A stretch of DNA of 64,000 nucleotides from Candidatus Aenigmatarchaeota archaeon (GTDB lineage: Archaea > Aenigmatarchaeota > Aenigmatarchaeia > QMZP01 > QMZT01). Positions within the stretch are counted from its first letter, which is position 1, and the number at the start of each line of letters is the position of its first letter. The position numbers and the translations under genes were made by a program. Below are positions 29,109 to 37,899 of this stretch, piece after piece. The stretch is from the NCBI GenBank assembly GCA_026397315.1, contig JAPLVC010000004.1, positions 1 to 64,000 on the forward strand. Direction: 5' to 3'. The notes beneath the pieces were generated by a model, which was not told the DNA's origin, did no database searches, and was given only the letters and a program-made list of their open reading frames with translations.

Positions 29109-30860
29109 ATGACCGAAAAGAAAGAAAAGAAAATGGACGTGCACAGTTCCAGCTTCAAGGAAATAGTCGAAGGCGAGGTTGTCAGGGAGTCCGAGCCTGT
29201 GCAAAAGAGAGTTAGGCCTGTCCCAAAGCCGATTCCGAGACCTGAGAAACCGAAGCTCGTTTTCTCGGATAAGGACGTTCAGGAAAAGAGCAAACAAAAA
29301 GAGCCGCACAGAAGTTCTGGTTTCAAAGTAATAGAGAACGGCGAATACATAGACGCAGAAAAGACGCCGCACGGCGACATAATAAACGCGCCAGAAGCGA
29401 AAAAACGCGAGAAGCCCGAACCGCCAGGGAAGCATGTCAAGGTCAAGATAACTGAAGGAGAGCCGGAGAAGGTTGACAGGAGCCTGAAAAATTCCATCGT
29501 CGAGGGCGTGTTCAACTCGGCTTCGGGAAGCATACAGACATCGTTCACCACGCCCCTCGCTCTCGCTTTAGGCGCCTCCAGCGTCCAGGTGGGCATACTC
29601 AATTCGCTGGAGAACCTGACGGGGACCGTTTCCCAGCTGCCCGGCGCCATGCTCACGAAATTCTGGAGCAGGAAGCACATATGGCTCATTGCGCAGGTGA
29701 TGGGCAAAATCCTGATATGGATTCCGATAATGTTGCTGCCACTATTACCGCTCGATAACAGGGTGTGGCTTCTCATCATACTGCTCGCAGCATCTAACTT
29801 CTTCATTTACGTGCGCTCGCCCGCGTGGTCGAGCCTCATGGGCGACCTCGTTCCCCCGAACGTCCGCGGCCGCTATTTCGGCAGAAGGAACATGTTCATC
29901 GCCGTTTCGGGTCTCTTAGCCACGCTGGCAGCGGGCTTCCTGCTGGAATACTGGGGCTTCCCTGGCATATTCCTGTTCTCGATAGTCCTGGCAGCTGTCG
30001 CGATATTCTTTTTCATGAGGATGTATGAGCCGCCGGTGGCGAAGGTTTTCCATTACAAATACAACTTCAGCTTCAGCCCCAGGGACTGGTGGACGAGCCT
30101 CAAAATAAACAAGGAGTTCGTAATATTCACCTCGTATCTCACGTTCATGAACTTCGCCGTCGACGTCGCCGCGCCGTTCTACGTCGTATACATGCTGAAG
30201 AACCTGAACATCGGCTACGAGTGGTTCGCCATAGCGATCGTCATAAGCGCCGTGTTCAGGGCGACGACGCAGCAGTACTGGGGCAGGATGGAGGATAAGT
30301 TCGGCAGCAGGAAGTTACTCATAATCTGCGGCATCATGAGCTGCTTCATCCCGTTCTTCTGGATGTTCGCCTCAAACATAATCCACGTGGTTCTGATAAA
30401 GATTTACGACGGCGTCATATTCTCGGGATTCGAGCTCGTCATTTTCAACTATCTCCTTGAGGTCACGCCCGCAAAGAACAGGCCGAAATACGTCGCAGCC
30501 CACAACTTCGTCACGGGATTCGGCACGGTCCTGGGCGACCTGTTCGGCGCTTTCCTCGTTTTCAACCTCGAAACTTCCAGCTTCATGTGGCTCGCCGGCC
30601 TGCAGATAGTCTTCCTTATCTCGTTCGGCCTCAGGATCGCATGCTGCTCCCTGCTGCTGGCCATAAGGAACATCGACATCAAGCAGAGCGATATCGTACC
30701 GGTTCGCTACGTGTTCTGGCAGGCGCTCGCCGTCGAACCCGTGCACGGCCTGAAGCATGCCATCACATTCACCTTCCGCTACCCGCCCAGGGTCGAGCGC
30801 GAGTTGCGCGACAGCGTGAAAAATCTGGAAAACAGAATAAAGCTCAAGATGAGCAGTTAG
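29109..30860 (+). CDS. MFS transporter with about 140-aa Lys/Pro/Glu-rich cytoplasmic N-terminal extension
   Basis: About 12 TM segments after residue 150; GRYFGRRN loop motif; the N-terminus is low-complexity (KPIPRPEKPK). Confidence 0.6.
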   Translation: MTEKKEKKMDVHSSSFKEIVEGEVVRESEPVQKRVRPVPKPIPRPEKPKLVFSDKDVQEKSKQKEPHRSSGFKVIENGEYIDAEKTPHGDIINAPEAKKREKPEPPGKHVKVKITEGEPEKVDRSLKNSIVEGVFNSASGSIQTSFTTPLALALGASSVQVGILNSLENLTGTVSQLPGAMLTKFWSRKHIWLIAQVMGKILIWIPIMLLPLLPLDNRVWLLIILLAASNFFIYVRSPAWSSLMGDLVPPNVRGRYFGRRNMFIAVSGLLATLAAGFLLEYWGFPGIFLFSIVLAAVAIFFFMRMYEPPVAKVFHYKYNFSFSPRDWWTSLKINKEFVIFTSYLTFMNFAVDVAAPFYVVYMLKNLNIGYEWFAIAIVISAVFRATTQQYWGRMEDKFGSRKLLIICGIMSCFIPFFWMFASNIIHVVLIKIYDGVIFSGFELVIFNYLLEVTPAKNRPKYVAAHNFVTGFGTVLGDLFGAFLVFNLETSSFMWLAGLQIVFLISFGLRIACCSLLLAIRNIDIKQSDIVPVRYVFWQALAVEPVHGLKHAITFTFRYPPRVERELRDSVKNLENRIKLKMSS

Positions 30861-30911
30861 TCGCTTTTCGCCGCGGTCAACAATTTATGTGAGCTCCTGC
30901 AATTCTCTATT

Positions 30912-31871
30912 ATGAAAACGATAATCCTGACGCATTCCGATTCTGACGGCATCTGCGCGGGCGCCATTGCCTTATCGAGATTCCCGGACGCAGAGGTCTT
31001 CTTCACCAAGCCCGTCTCTTTCATGGAAGATCTCAGGGCATGCGACGCGGACCGCATCATAATAACGGACATAGCCATCACGCACAAGGACATCCCCGAG
31101 ATTACCAGGATACTGGAGGACAAGGCCAGGGACGGCGATATTCTTTATTTCGACCACCACCCGCTGCCGGACAGCTCCAGAAAGCGGATGTCAGAAATAC
31201 TGAAGGAGTATGTTTTCGGCGAAGCCAGCGCCTCCGAGCTCATATACAAATACTACCAGGACGACATACCTGCCGAGCGCGTATGGCTGGCGATATACGG
31301 GGCGATAGGCGACTACGAGGAGAAGACAGAATTCGTACGAGAGCGCATGAACAACTGGGACGCGAGGGCGCTTCACTTCGAGGCCAGCATGATATTCCTC
31401 GGCATGAAGGACAATGACTTCGACGACTACGACTCGAAGAGAAAGATGGTCCAGACGCTCGCTTCCGGCAAAAACCCTTCAGACATCCCCGGCCTGATGG
31501 ACGCGGCGAGGCGCGCGGTGACGGACGAGTTTAGGCTTTACGAGCTCGTCAAGGACAATGCTGAAAAGTCGGGCGAAGTCGGATACGTGAAAGACGTATA
31601 TTCATTCGGCTTCCGAGGACCTTCCGCCCTCTTCGCGGCCACGGTCACAGACAGCCGCGTCGGGCTGGCGGCTTTCCTCAGGAAGAACAAGCTCGACATA
31701 ACCATGCGCTCCCGCGACTATTCGGTCAAGCTCAGCGAGCTGGCGGAAAAGGCAGGCGAAGCCGTCGGAGGCGCTGGTGGCGGACACTCGCACGCGGCCG
31801 GGGCGCGCATACCGCTCGACAAATTCGAGGATTTCGTCAGGGAAGTCAACAGGCTTCTCAAGACAATGTAA
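30912..31871 (+). CDS. DHH-family phosphoesterase (DHH-DHHA1; NrnA/RecJ-like)
   Basis: HSDSDGICAG motif I, DHH in YFDHHP, DHHA1 GGGH motif near the C-terminus. Confidence 0.75.
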   Translation: MKTIILTHSDSDGICAGAIALSRFPDAEVFFTKPVSFMEDLRACDADRIIITDIAITHKDIPEITRILEDKARDGDILYFDHHPLPDSSRKRMSEILKEYVFGEASASELIYKYYQDDIPAERVWLAIYGAIGDYEEKTEFVRERMNNWDARALHFEASMIFLGMKDNDFDDYDSKRKMVQTLASGKNPSDIPGLMDAARRAVTDEFRLYELVKDNAEKSGEVGYVKDVYSFGFRGPSALFAATVTDSRVGLAAFLRKNKLDITMRSRDYSVKLSELAEKAGEAVGGAGGGHSHAAGARIPLDKFEDFVREVNRLLKTM

Positions 31872-31896
31872 CGCTTAAGCATTTACGTGTGATGAG

Positions 31897-32553
31897 ATGA
31901 GGCGCAGTTTCGGCTTCTCGGAAAGGGAGCGCAGGATTCTTTCGAGACTGGACACTACTGCCAAAATACAGGATTTTCTCGACGGGCTCGAATATAACCT
32001 CGAGGAAAAGGGAGACACTTACTATTCCCCGAAGATGGTTCTCAAAAACATGAAGGCCAACTGCATCGAAGCCGCGATTTTCGCCGCGGCCGCGCTGCGC
32101 TTCCACGGCTTCCCGCCGCTTCTCCTCGACCTCACTTCGTCGAAGGAAGACACAGACCACGTCATCGCCGTCTTCAGGCATAAAGGCCACTGGGGCGCGA
32201 TAGGCAAGTCGAAATACACTTTCTTCACATACCGCGAGCCTGTTTACAAAACGATACGCGAGCTGGCCATGTCGTATTTCGACCTATACTTCAACTACTG
32301 GGGCAAGAAGACCATGCGCGGCTTCTTGAAGAAACCGCTCAACCTGAAAATTTTCGACAGGAAGAACTGGATGAATTCTGAAAAGCGCGTGTTCTACATC
32401 GCCACTTACCTGGATAAAATACCGCATGAAAAAATCCTCAGGAAAGGCATGGCAGTGAGCCTGCGGAAGGTGACGGATATCGACAGGGAAGCTGGCGAAC
32501 TCTGGATACGCAGAAAAGGCGTCATGAAGAAGCTGAAGAAAAAGGGATACTGA
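31897..32553 (+). CDS. transglutaminase-like superfamily protein (putative cysteine protease fold)
   Basis: KANCIEAAIFAAAALRFHGFPP (Cys motif) and DHVIAVFRHKGHWGAIG (His motif), resembling the transglutaminase-like core. Confidence 0.5.
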   Translation: MRRSFGFSERERRILSRLDTTAKIQDFLDGLEYNLEEKGDTYYSPKMVLKNMKANCIEAAIFAAAALRFHGFPPLLLDLTSSKEDTDHVIAVFRHKGHWGAIGKSKYTFFTYREPVYKTIRELAMSYFDLYFNYWGKKTMRGFLKKPLNLKIFDRKNWMNSEKRVFYIATYLDKIPHEKILRKGMAVSLRKVTDIDREAGELWIRRKGVMKKLKKKGY

Positions 32554-32586
32554 AGCTTTTTCTGCTGACGAAAGCAAATTATTATT

Positions 32587-33177
32587 ATGAACGCCTCACA
32601 GGGAGAGTTCGCCGTGAAGCTTGCGAGAAAAGCGCTGGAAGCCTGGACGGCGAAAGGCGAGATGGTCAAAAGGCCGGACAAGATTAGCAGGGAATTTCTC
32701 GATAAGTCAGGCGTCTTCACCACGCTCCACACGTATCCGGAGCGCGAGCTGCGGGGCTGCATAGGCTTCCCGACGCCGGTCATGCCGTTGGTCGACGCGA
32801 TAATCGAGTCCGCCGTGAGCGCGGCGCAGGACCCGCGCTTCCCCGACTTGGAGAAGGAAGAGCTGAAGAAGATAATAGTCGAGGTGTCAATCCTGACCAA
32901 GCCGCAGAAGATAAACGCCAAAAAACCCGAGGATTACGCGAAGAAAATAATCATAGGCCGCGACGGCCTGATAATACGCAAGGGCTTCCATTCAGGACTT
33001 CTTCTGCCGCAGGTCGCGACCGAATACGGCTGGGACGCCAGAACTTTTCTCGAGCATCTGTGCATGAAAGCCTCGCTGCCATCGGACGCGTGGCTGTCAC
33101 CAGCGACTGAGATATTCAGCTTCCATTCGGAAATATTCAGCGAGAAAAAGCCCAACGGCAAAATAGAAAAGACATGA
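32587..33177 (+). CDS. AMMECR1 domain protein
   Basis: GVFTTLHTY...LRGCIGFPTP motif characteristic of AMMECR1. Confidence 0.85.
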   Translation: MNASQGEFAVKLARKALEAWTAKGEMVKRPDKISREFLDKSGVFTTLHTYPERELRGCIGFPTPVMPLVDAIIESAVSAAQDPRFPDLEKEELKKIIVEVSILTKPQKINAKKPEDYAKKIIIGRDGLIIRKGFHSGLLLPQVATEYGWDARTFLEHLCMKASLPSDAWLSPATEIFSFHSEIFSEKKPNGKIEKT

Positions 33178-33231
33178 TTTTCCCTCTTACAGCCTTTTTA
33201 TAACACTGCACCAATTTCTTACAGATAGGCC

Positions 33232-33513
33232 ATGGCAAAACTTGTCATAAAAAAGAACATGTCGAAGGAGAAATTCGACAGGAAAAAAATAGCGAGAGGT
33301 ATAGAGGAAGCTTCCAAGAGGGCGAAGCTGAAGGGATTCAAGGCGAAGTATATCGCCACAAAGGTTTCAAAGAGGGTAGAGAAAGAATTCAGCAAATGCG
33401 CGGAAATAAGAACATCCGAAATCCGCACGTGCGTCCTGAAAGAACTGGAGAAGGAAGACAAAAAAGCCGCAGAAGAGTTCAGGAGCCACAGGAAAGACAT
33501 ATTGTTTAAATAA
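33232..33513 (+). CDS. ATP-cone domain protein
   Basis: VIKKNMSKEKFDRKKIARGIEEA matches the ATP-cone pattern (V.KR.G..E.F...KI...I..A). Confidence 0.5.
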   Translation: MAKLVIKKNMSKEKFDRKKIARGIEEASKRAKLKGFKAKYIATKVSKRVEKEFSKCAEIRTSEIRTCVLKELEKEDKKAAEEFRSHRKDILFK

Positions 33514-33594
33514 ACCCTCTAACATCGCTGCCCGAAAAGATTTTATCAGGATTTTTTACATCCATTCATGCCCGCCTTTTTCAAAGAAAATTAG

Positions 33595-33862
33595 CGCCGG
33601 GAACAGGATTCGAACCTGTGTGGGCCTGCGAGCGAAAGACGCGCTTTCCGCGTCGTTTACTTTTCGCCCACCGGATCTCCTGAAAGGATTACTGGGGTTG
33701 CTCCTCATATTCCGCCGATCAGAGTCAAGCCATGAAGTCATCGCAAGCGAATGGCATGCTCACGCATGCCGACTGCCCGCTCTTAAGATCCAGTTTTCAA
33801 GTCCGGCGCGTGCGTAGGCCAGCAAAGTTTCCTTTACCGGTTTACCACTCCGCCATCCCGGC
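33595..33862 (-). tRNA. tRNA-Ser(UGA) candidate (type II: 3-bp D stem, long variable arm) with a roughly 120-nt canonical intron at 37/38 and two further putative insertions; CCA not encoded
   Basis: Minus strand reads 5' GCCGGGA-TG-GCGGAGTGGTAAACCGG...CCGGA-CTTGAA | about 120 nt | A-TCCGG-TGGGCGAAA[~36 nt]GCCCA-CACAGG-TTCGAAT-CCTGT-TCCCGGC-G. The acceptor 7/7 pairs perfectly, the T-arm is canonical GGTTCGAATCC, and the anticodon loop is CTTGAAA. Confidence 0.55.
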
Positions 33863-33885
33863 GTAATTCTAATTAAGTAAAGCTT

Positions 33886-33897
33886 TGCTTTAAATGT
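33886..33897 (-). promoter_or_regulatory. putative archaeal TATA box (TTTAAA) about 30 nt upstream of the tRNA 5' end
   Basis: The minus strand reads ...CATTTAAAGCAAAGC... 28-33 nt upstream of G1 of the tRNA. Confidence 0.3.
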
Positions 33898-34024
33898 TTT
33901 CCGGGAATCCGTGGTCAAAATCCCGAATTCGGGTTACCCTGACGATGTGAATTGAACATATGCGTTTCTGGGCATATTCCTGATCATAATATGTGTTTAA
34001 ATAGTTTACTACGATATAGTAATT

Positions 34025-34597
34025 ATGTTTAAGACTACAGACATGTACTCCGTCTTAAAAACCAGAATTAGAAATCCAATTTGCAGATACAGATACCTAG
34101 ATAATAAACTATATGAACCAAGTTCATTTTATATTAACCTCGGTAAAGGAAGTGTTGGTTTGGATGGTTATCATCCAGATAAAAAAGTGTCAAGGCCGCG
34201 CAGATTCCTTCCCGGCACAGTTGTAGAAGAAGTTCCCGACACGGATACCGTAAAACGACTGAGAGCTTATACTGGTCAAGTCGAAATTCCACTGATGAGA
34301 GAGTTCGTTCCCATGGCCATCAAAGGTTTAGGTAGAATAGGAGAAACTGCTGCTTGTAAATATGGATTTAAAGGCGACGTTGAATTAGATATCAGACACG
34401 ACGCTGGGATTATCCGTAACTCTCCTAACAAAAATTTCTATGGAGAGGTTGAAGCAACAACGGATAAGCTTCAGCTGGTCATGCCCATGATTGATACGGT
34501 TCAGACAATGCAAGAAGCTTTAATTGGTTACAGAGAAGGTGCGGAACAATTTTTAACGGATTTCGTATCCGGAATGAACCGTAAAATTTTTGTATAG
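34025..34597 (+). CDS. hypothetical protein (190 aa) in an AT-rich segment next to the tRNA
   Basis: ORF with AT-rich codon usage; no recognisable motif. Confidence 0.4.
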   Translation: MFKTTDMYSVLKTRIRNPICRYRYLDNKLYEPSSFYINLGKGSVGLDGYHPDKKVSRPRRFLPGTVVEEVPDTDTVKRLRAYTGQVEIPLMREFVPMAIKGLGRIGETAACKYGFKGDVELDIRHDAGIIRNSPNKNFYGEVEATTDKLQLVMPMIDTVQTMQEALIGYREGAEQFLTDFVSGMNRKIFV

Positions 34598-34634
34598 GTT
34601 AAATTTTAATTTGCGCCCAAGAGCGCGGCTTGCC

Positions 34635-34841
34635 TTATTCTATTTTCAGGTCGTGCTTGAAGTCGTTCTTTTCGGCTTTCTGCAGCGGCCACGCTTCGTC
34701 TATTATCATGTCGGGTATGCTTTGGTCCAGGACCGGAAAAGCGAGCTCGCATCTCCTGCACAGGACGAACATGCCTTTTTCGTGTATGTCTCCCTTGCAC
34801 CTGGGGCACGCCATCAGCTCGAACAGCTTGGAATCTATCAT
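34635..34841 (-). CDS. Trm112-like Zn-ribbon protein (methyltransferase activator family)
   Basis: LMACPRCKGDI...VLCRRC; 68 aa; matches the Trm112/UPF0434 LxCPxCKG pattern. Confidence 0.6.
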   Translation of the reverse strand: MIDSKLFELMACPRCKGDIHEKGMFVLCRRCELAFPVLDQSIPDMIIDEAWPLQKAEKNDFKHDLKIE

Positions 34842-34887
34842 ACCATTTAAAAATTAGTTGGCGGTTTTAAATGCGTTTTTAAGGCGT

Positions 34888-35187
34888 TTAAACATCCAAA
34901 CCGGAGCTTTTTTCGAGCTCTTTCTTCGCCTGCTTCTTTTCCTTCTTTATTTCTTCCTTGAGCTTGGGTAGCTTCATCAGGAAACCGCACTTCGGGCATG
35001 TGAAAGAGAACGGTCTTATCCAAGGCGTTTCCTCGTGCTTCGCCAGGCCGCACTCCGGACAGACGTAATCCATGTGCGCGGTTTCAGTCCCGCTGGGCAC
35101 CATCACGCGCATCTTGCCCTTTTCCTCGCCTTTCGAGTTCTTCATTACCCTGTTGCTGACGAACTTGTATTTGTTCATAGTAATCAT
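34888..35187 (-). CDS. Zn-ribbon domain protein (CPECG...CPKCG), Lys-rich C-terminus
   Basis: Two CxxC pairs 22 residues apart; C-terminal KLKEEIKKEKKQAKKELEK. Confidence 0.4.
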   Translation of the reverse strand: MITMNKYKFVSNRVMKNSKGEEKGKMRVMVPSGTETAHMDYVCPECGLAKHEETPWIRPFSFTCPKCGFLMKLPKLKEEIKKEKKQAKKELEKSSGLDV

Positions 35188-35210
35188 TATTGCGTTGCCT
35201 TCTTAAAAAT

Positions 35211-36620
35211 TCATGCGGTTTCCTGGGGCACGAAACTGTGCAGCTTTCTCCTGTGCCTCAGCCAGTATCCTGACTTGAACAGCACGTATGCCAGCAGGAA
35301 ACCAGCGAAGTTTCCTATCGGGAAGCCGAGCCACACGCCGTCGAGCCCCATAAACGAGGCGAAAAAATACGACATGGATATGACGACAATCCACCGCGTT
35401 ATGTTTATCACCAGCTGGAGGTCTGTCCTCCCTGCCGCCTGCAGCGCGCCGCCGAGGACGAAATTGAGACCCATGAAAACGTAGCCGAGAGCTATTATCC
35501 TGAAATACATCGCGCCCGTAGCAAGGATTGCCGGGTCGTTCGTGAACGGGGCGAAAAGCATTTCCGGCGAAAAAAACCATATCGCCGAGAAGAAAAGCAT
35601 GAAGAGTATCGTGGCGTAAGAAGCCTTCTTCACTCCCTCGTGCGCCCTGTCCGGCTTCTCCGCGCCGAGGTTCTGGCCGACGAACGGAATGAGTGCTATC
35701 ATGAGGCCTATCGAAGGAAGGATGGCTATAGATTCCAGGCGTATGCCCACGCCGAAAGCCGCTATCGCAGACATCCCGAACGTGCCGACGAGCCCCATCA
35801 GGAGGAACATGCCTATGCTGTTGAACGACTGGCTTATCGACGAGGGAAGGCCTATGGAGAATATTTTTTTCACCAGCTTCGAGTCGAATTTGAAGCACTC
35901 CATCTTTATGCACAGCGACGTCTTGCCTGAGAATATGTGGTAAAAATTCAGCACAGCGACTATCGCTATCGTCGCAACCGTCGCTATCGCAGCGCCTGCG
36001 ACGCCCATGGCGGGGACCGGCCCGAAGCCGAATATCAGGAGCGGGTCGAGTATCACGTTCGCTACGACGCCGGCAACGAGGTTCTTCGTCGGCGTGATCG
36101 TGTTGCCGTCCGCCTGTATTATGCCCTGCGATATCATGCCCAGGAACTGCAGGATGAAGCCGAAGAATATGATGTTCATGTACTGCAGCGTCATCTCGAG
36201 CGTGGAACCGCTTATGCCCATCAGGCCGAATATCTGCCTCGAGAACAATAGTCCCACGGCCGCCACGGCCGCGCCTGAAGCGAGAGCCATCACTATCGCG
36301 TGCATCGATATGTTGGCCGCATCTTTATTCCTGCCCGCGCCTATGGAATGGGAGATAAGCGCCGTCGAGCCGATGTTAAGCCCGGACGCTATGGCTATCG
36401 AGATGAAGAATACCGGGAACGTGACGCTTATCGCAGCGAGCGCGTCGGAGCCCATCATGCTCACGAAGAACGTGTCCGTGAGATTGAAGGCTATCTGCAG
36501 CGAAGTGCCTATTATCACGGGAAGGGCGAGCATGAAAAGCGTTCTTGTCGTGTCGCCTTTAGTCAGATCCCTTTCGCCTCTTTTCATATTCCTGAGTTTT
36601 CCCAGCACAATCGCACCCAA
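35211..36620 (-). CDS. MATE-family multidrug/oligosaccharidyl-lipid efflux transporter
   Basis: 469 aa, 12 TM segments, two internal repeats with GLP/GLG motifs typical of MATE. Confidence 0.8.
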   Translation of the reverse strand: MGAIVLGKLRNMKRGERDLTKGDTTRTLFMLALPVIIGTSLQIAFNLTDTFFVSMMGSDALAAISVTFPVFFISIAIASGLNIGSTALISHSIGAGRNKDAANISMHAIVMALASGAAVAAVGLLFSRQIFGLMGISGSTLEMTLQYMNIIFFGFILQFLGMISQGIIQADGNTITPTKNLVAGVVANVILDPLLIFGFGPVPAMGVAGAAIATVATIAIVAVLNFYHIFSGKTSLCIKMECFKFDSKLVKKIFSIGLPSSISQSFNSIGMFLLMGLVGTFGMSAIAAFGVGIRLESIAILPSIGLMIALIPFVGQNLGAEKPDRAHEGVKKASYATILFMLFFSAIWFFSPEMLFAPFTNDPAILATGAMYFRIIALGYVFMGLNFVLGGALQAAGRTDLQLVINITRWIVVISMSYFFASFMGLDGVWLGFPIGNFAGFLLAYVLFKSGYWLRHRRKLHSFVPQETA

Positions 36621-36686
36621 TGCCTTGAATTATACTTGTATTGCGGAACTTCCTTATTAAATTGAGGTTCGCTATCCGAACCATCG

Positions 36687-37646
36687 TCAGAAAATGACCC
36701 CTGCAATGAAAGCTACCATGGCTATGAACATCCCTATTTTCAAACGCCTGCTTATGCGCGTGTAGCCCTTTTTCTTTCGCTGCTCTCTCAGCACGGAGTA
36801 GATGCAGGAGACGAACAGCGCGTCCGCCACAAGGACGACAACAAAGTAGCTTGCCCTGAGATAGCCGAAATAATAGGGAATCGCTGAAAGCACGACGGCC
36901 ACCAGCAAACAGAATAGGGCTATGACTATCATCATCCTCTCGTTGTAGCGCAGCCTGGCTCCGTCGTCTGTCATGCTGAAGCGCTCGCCGCGTTTTTTCT
37001 TCCCGGAAGACGCGATTCTTTTCAGGAAGCTCTTCCTGTCGCCTTCCATGTCCTCCATGTCCTTGACTATCTCCCTCGATACGTTCACCATCATCGCGAG
37101 CGCGGTCAGGACGAGCGCGAAGCCTATCCTGTCATTGAAGAAAGCGGCCGCGCCGAAAAAGAACACAGACCCCACAAGATAGCCGATCGTTATGTTGCCT
37201 ATGAAAACCTTGTGCTGCAGCGTCCACGAGTAGACGACGAGCAGCGCGGTGTTTAAGATGGCTATGAAGAAGCAGGCCCAGCTTATGGTGAGCGCGCAGA
37301 AGTTGCCTAGCACGAAGAGCAAGACAGCAAACACGAGCGCCCCGCGTCTCGATACCGCGCCTGAAGGGATTGGTCGGCGCGGCCTGTTGACCTTGTCCGC
37401 CTCGACGTCGAAGTAGTCGTTTATCACGTTGCCTGCGCCGGTTATCGCGACGACGGCCAGCGCAACCAGCATGAACTGCGCGCTGAACAGGCCGTTAATG
37501 CCTCCGATAGCGATGAGCGCGCCTATCAACGCTCCAGCAGCCGCCATTAAGCAGTTGCCCGGCCTCATCATGCCCAGCATCTCGACTAAGTCCATAATAT
37601 AATCTTTGAGCCAATTCGTATAAAAATCCGGAAAACGATCGCGCAC
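36687..37646 (-). CDS. UbiA-family prenyltransferase (digeranylgeranylglyceryl phosphate synthase-like)
   Basis: NDYFDVEADKVNRPRRPIPSG (NDxxDxxxD) motif; 8-9 TM helices. Confidence 0.7.
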   Translation of the reverse strand: MRDRFPDFYTNWLKDYIMDLVEMLGMMRPGNCLMAAAGALIGALIAIGGINGLFSAQFMLVALAVVAITGAGNVINDYFDVEADKVNRPRRPIPSGAVSRRGALVFAVLLFVLGNFCALTISWACFFIAILNTALLVVYSWTLQHKVFIGNITIGYLVGSVFFFGAAAFFNDRIGFALVLTALAMMVNVSREIVKDMEDMEGDRKSFLKRIASSGKKKRGERFSMTDDGARLRYNERMMIVIALFCLLVAVVLSAIPYYFGYLRASYFVVVLVADALFVSCIYSVLREQRKKKGYTRISRRLKIGMFIAMVAFIAGVIF

Positions 37647-37649
37647 GCC

Positions 37650-37832
37650 TTAAACTGTCTTGCGCTCTTTCTTGATTGCCCTCAGCTGCTTCTTGCGGCA
37701 TTTCCTGCACTTGATTTTCTTCGCCTTCACTTTCACCGGGTCGGCCCTGATGCGCGCGCCGCATGCCTGGCAGATGAATATGTGCGTGAAAAGCCTCGCC
37801 TCAGCCTCGGGGAATTTTAGTTTGCTCATCAA
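37650..37832 (-). CDS. rpl40e: 50S ribosomal protein L40e
   Basis: KFPEAEARLF...CQACGARIRA...KCRKCRKK; 60 aa; zinc-binding L40e signature. Confidence 0.8.
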   Translation of the reverse strand: MMSKLKFPEAEARLFTHIFICQACGARIRADPVKVKAKKIKCRKCRKKQLRAIKKERKTV

Positions 37833-37899
37833 AACACCATAATATACACATATACTCCATGTATATATTTAAATTTATGTCGGACTTCCGGCCGGACCT

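Noticed and set aside
35203-36660. Alternative-frame and antisense ORFs (236 aa on the minus strand, 217 aa on the plus strand) over the MATE transporter gene
   Set aside because: The MATE frame gives a coherent 12-TM protein with family motifs; the others are overlapping-frame artefacts
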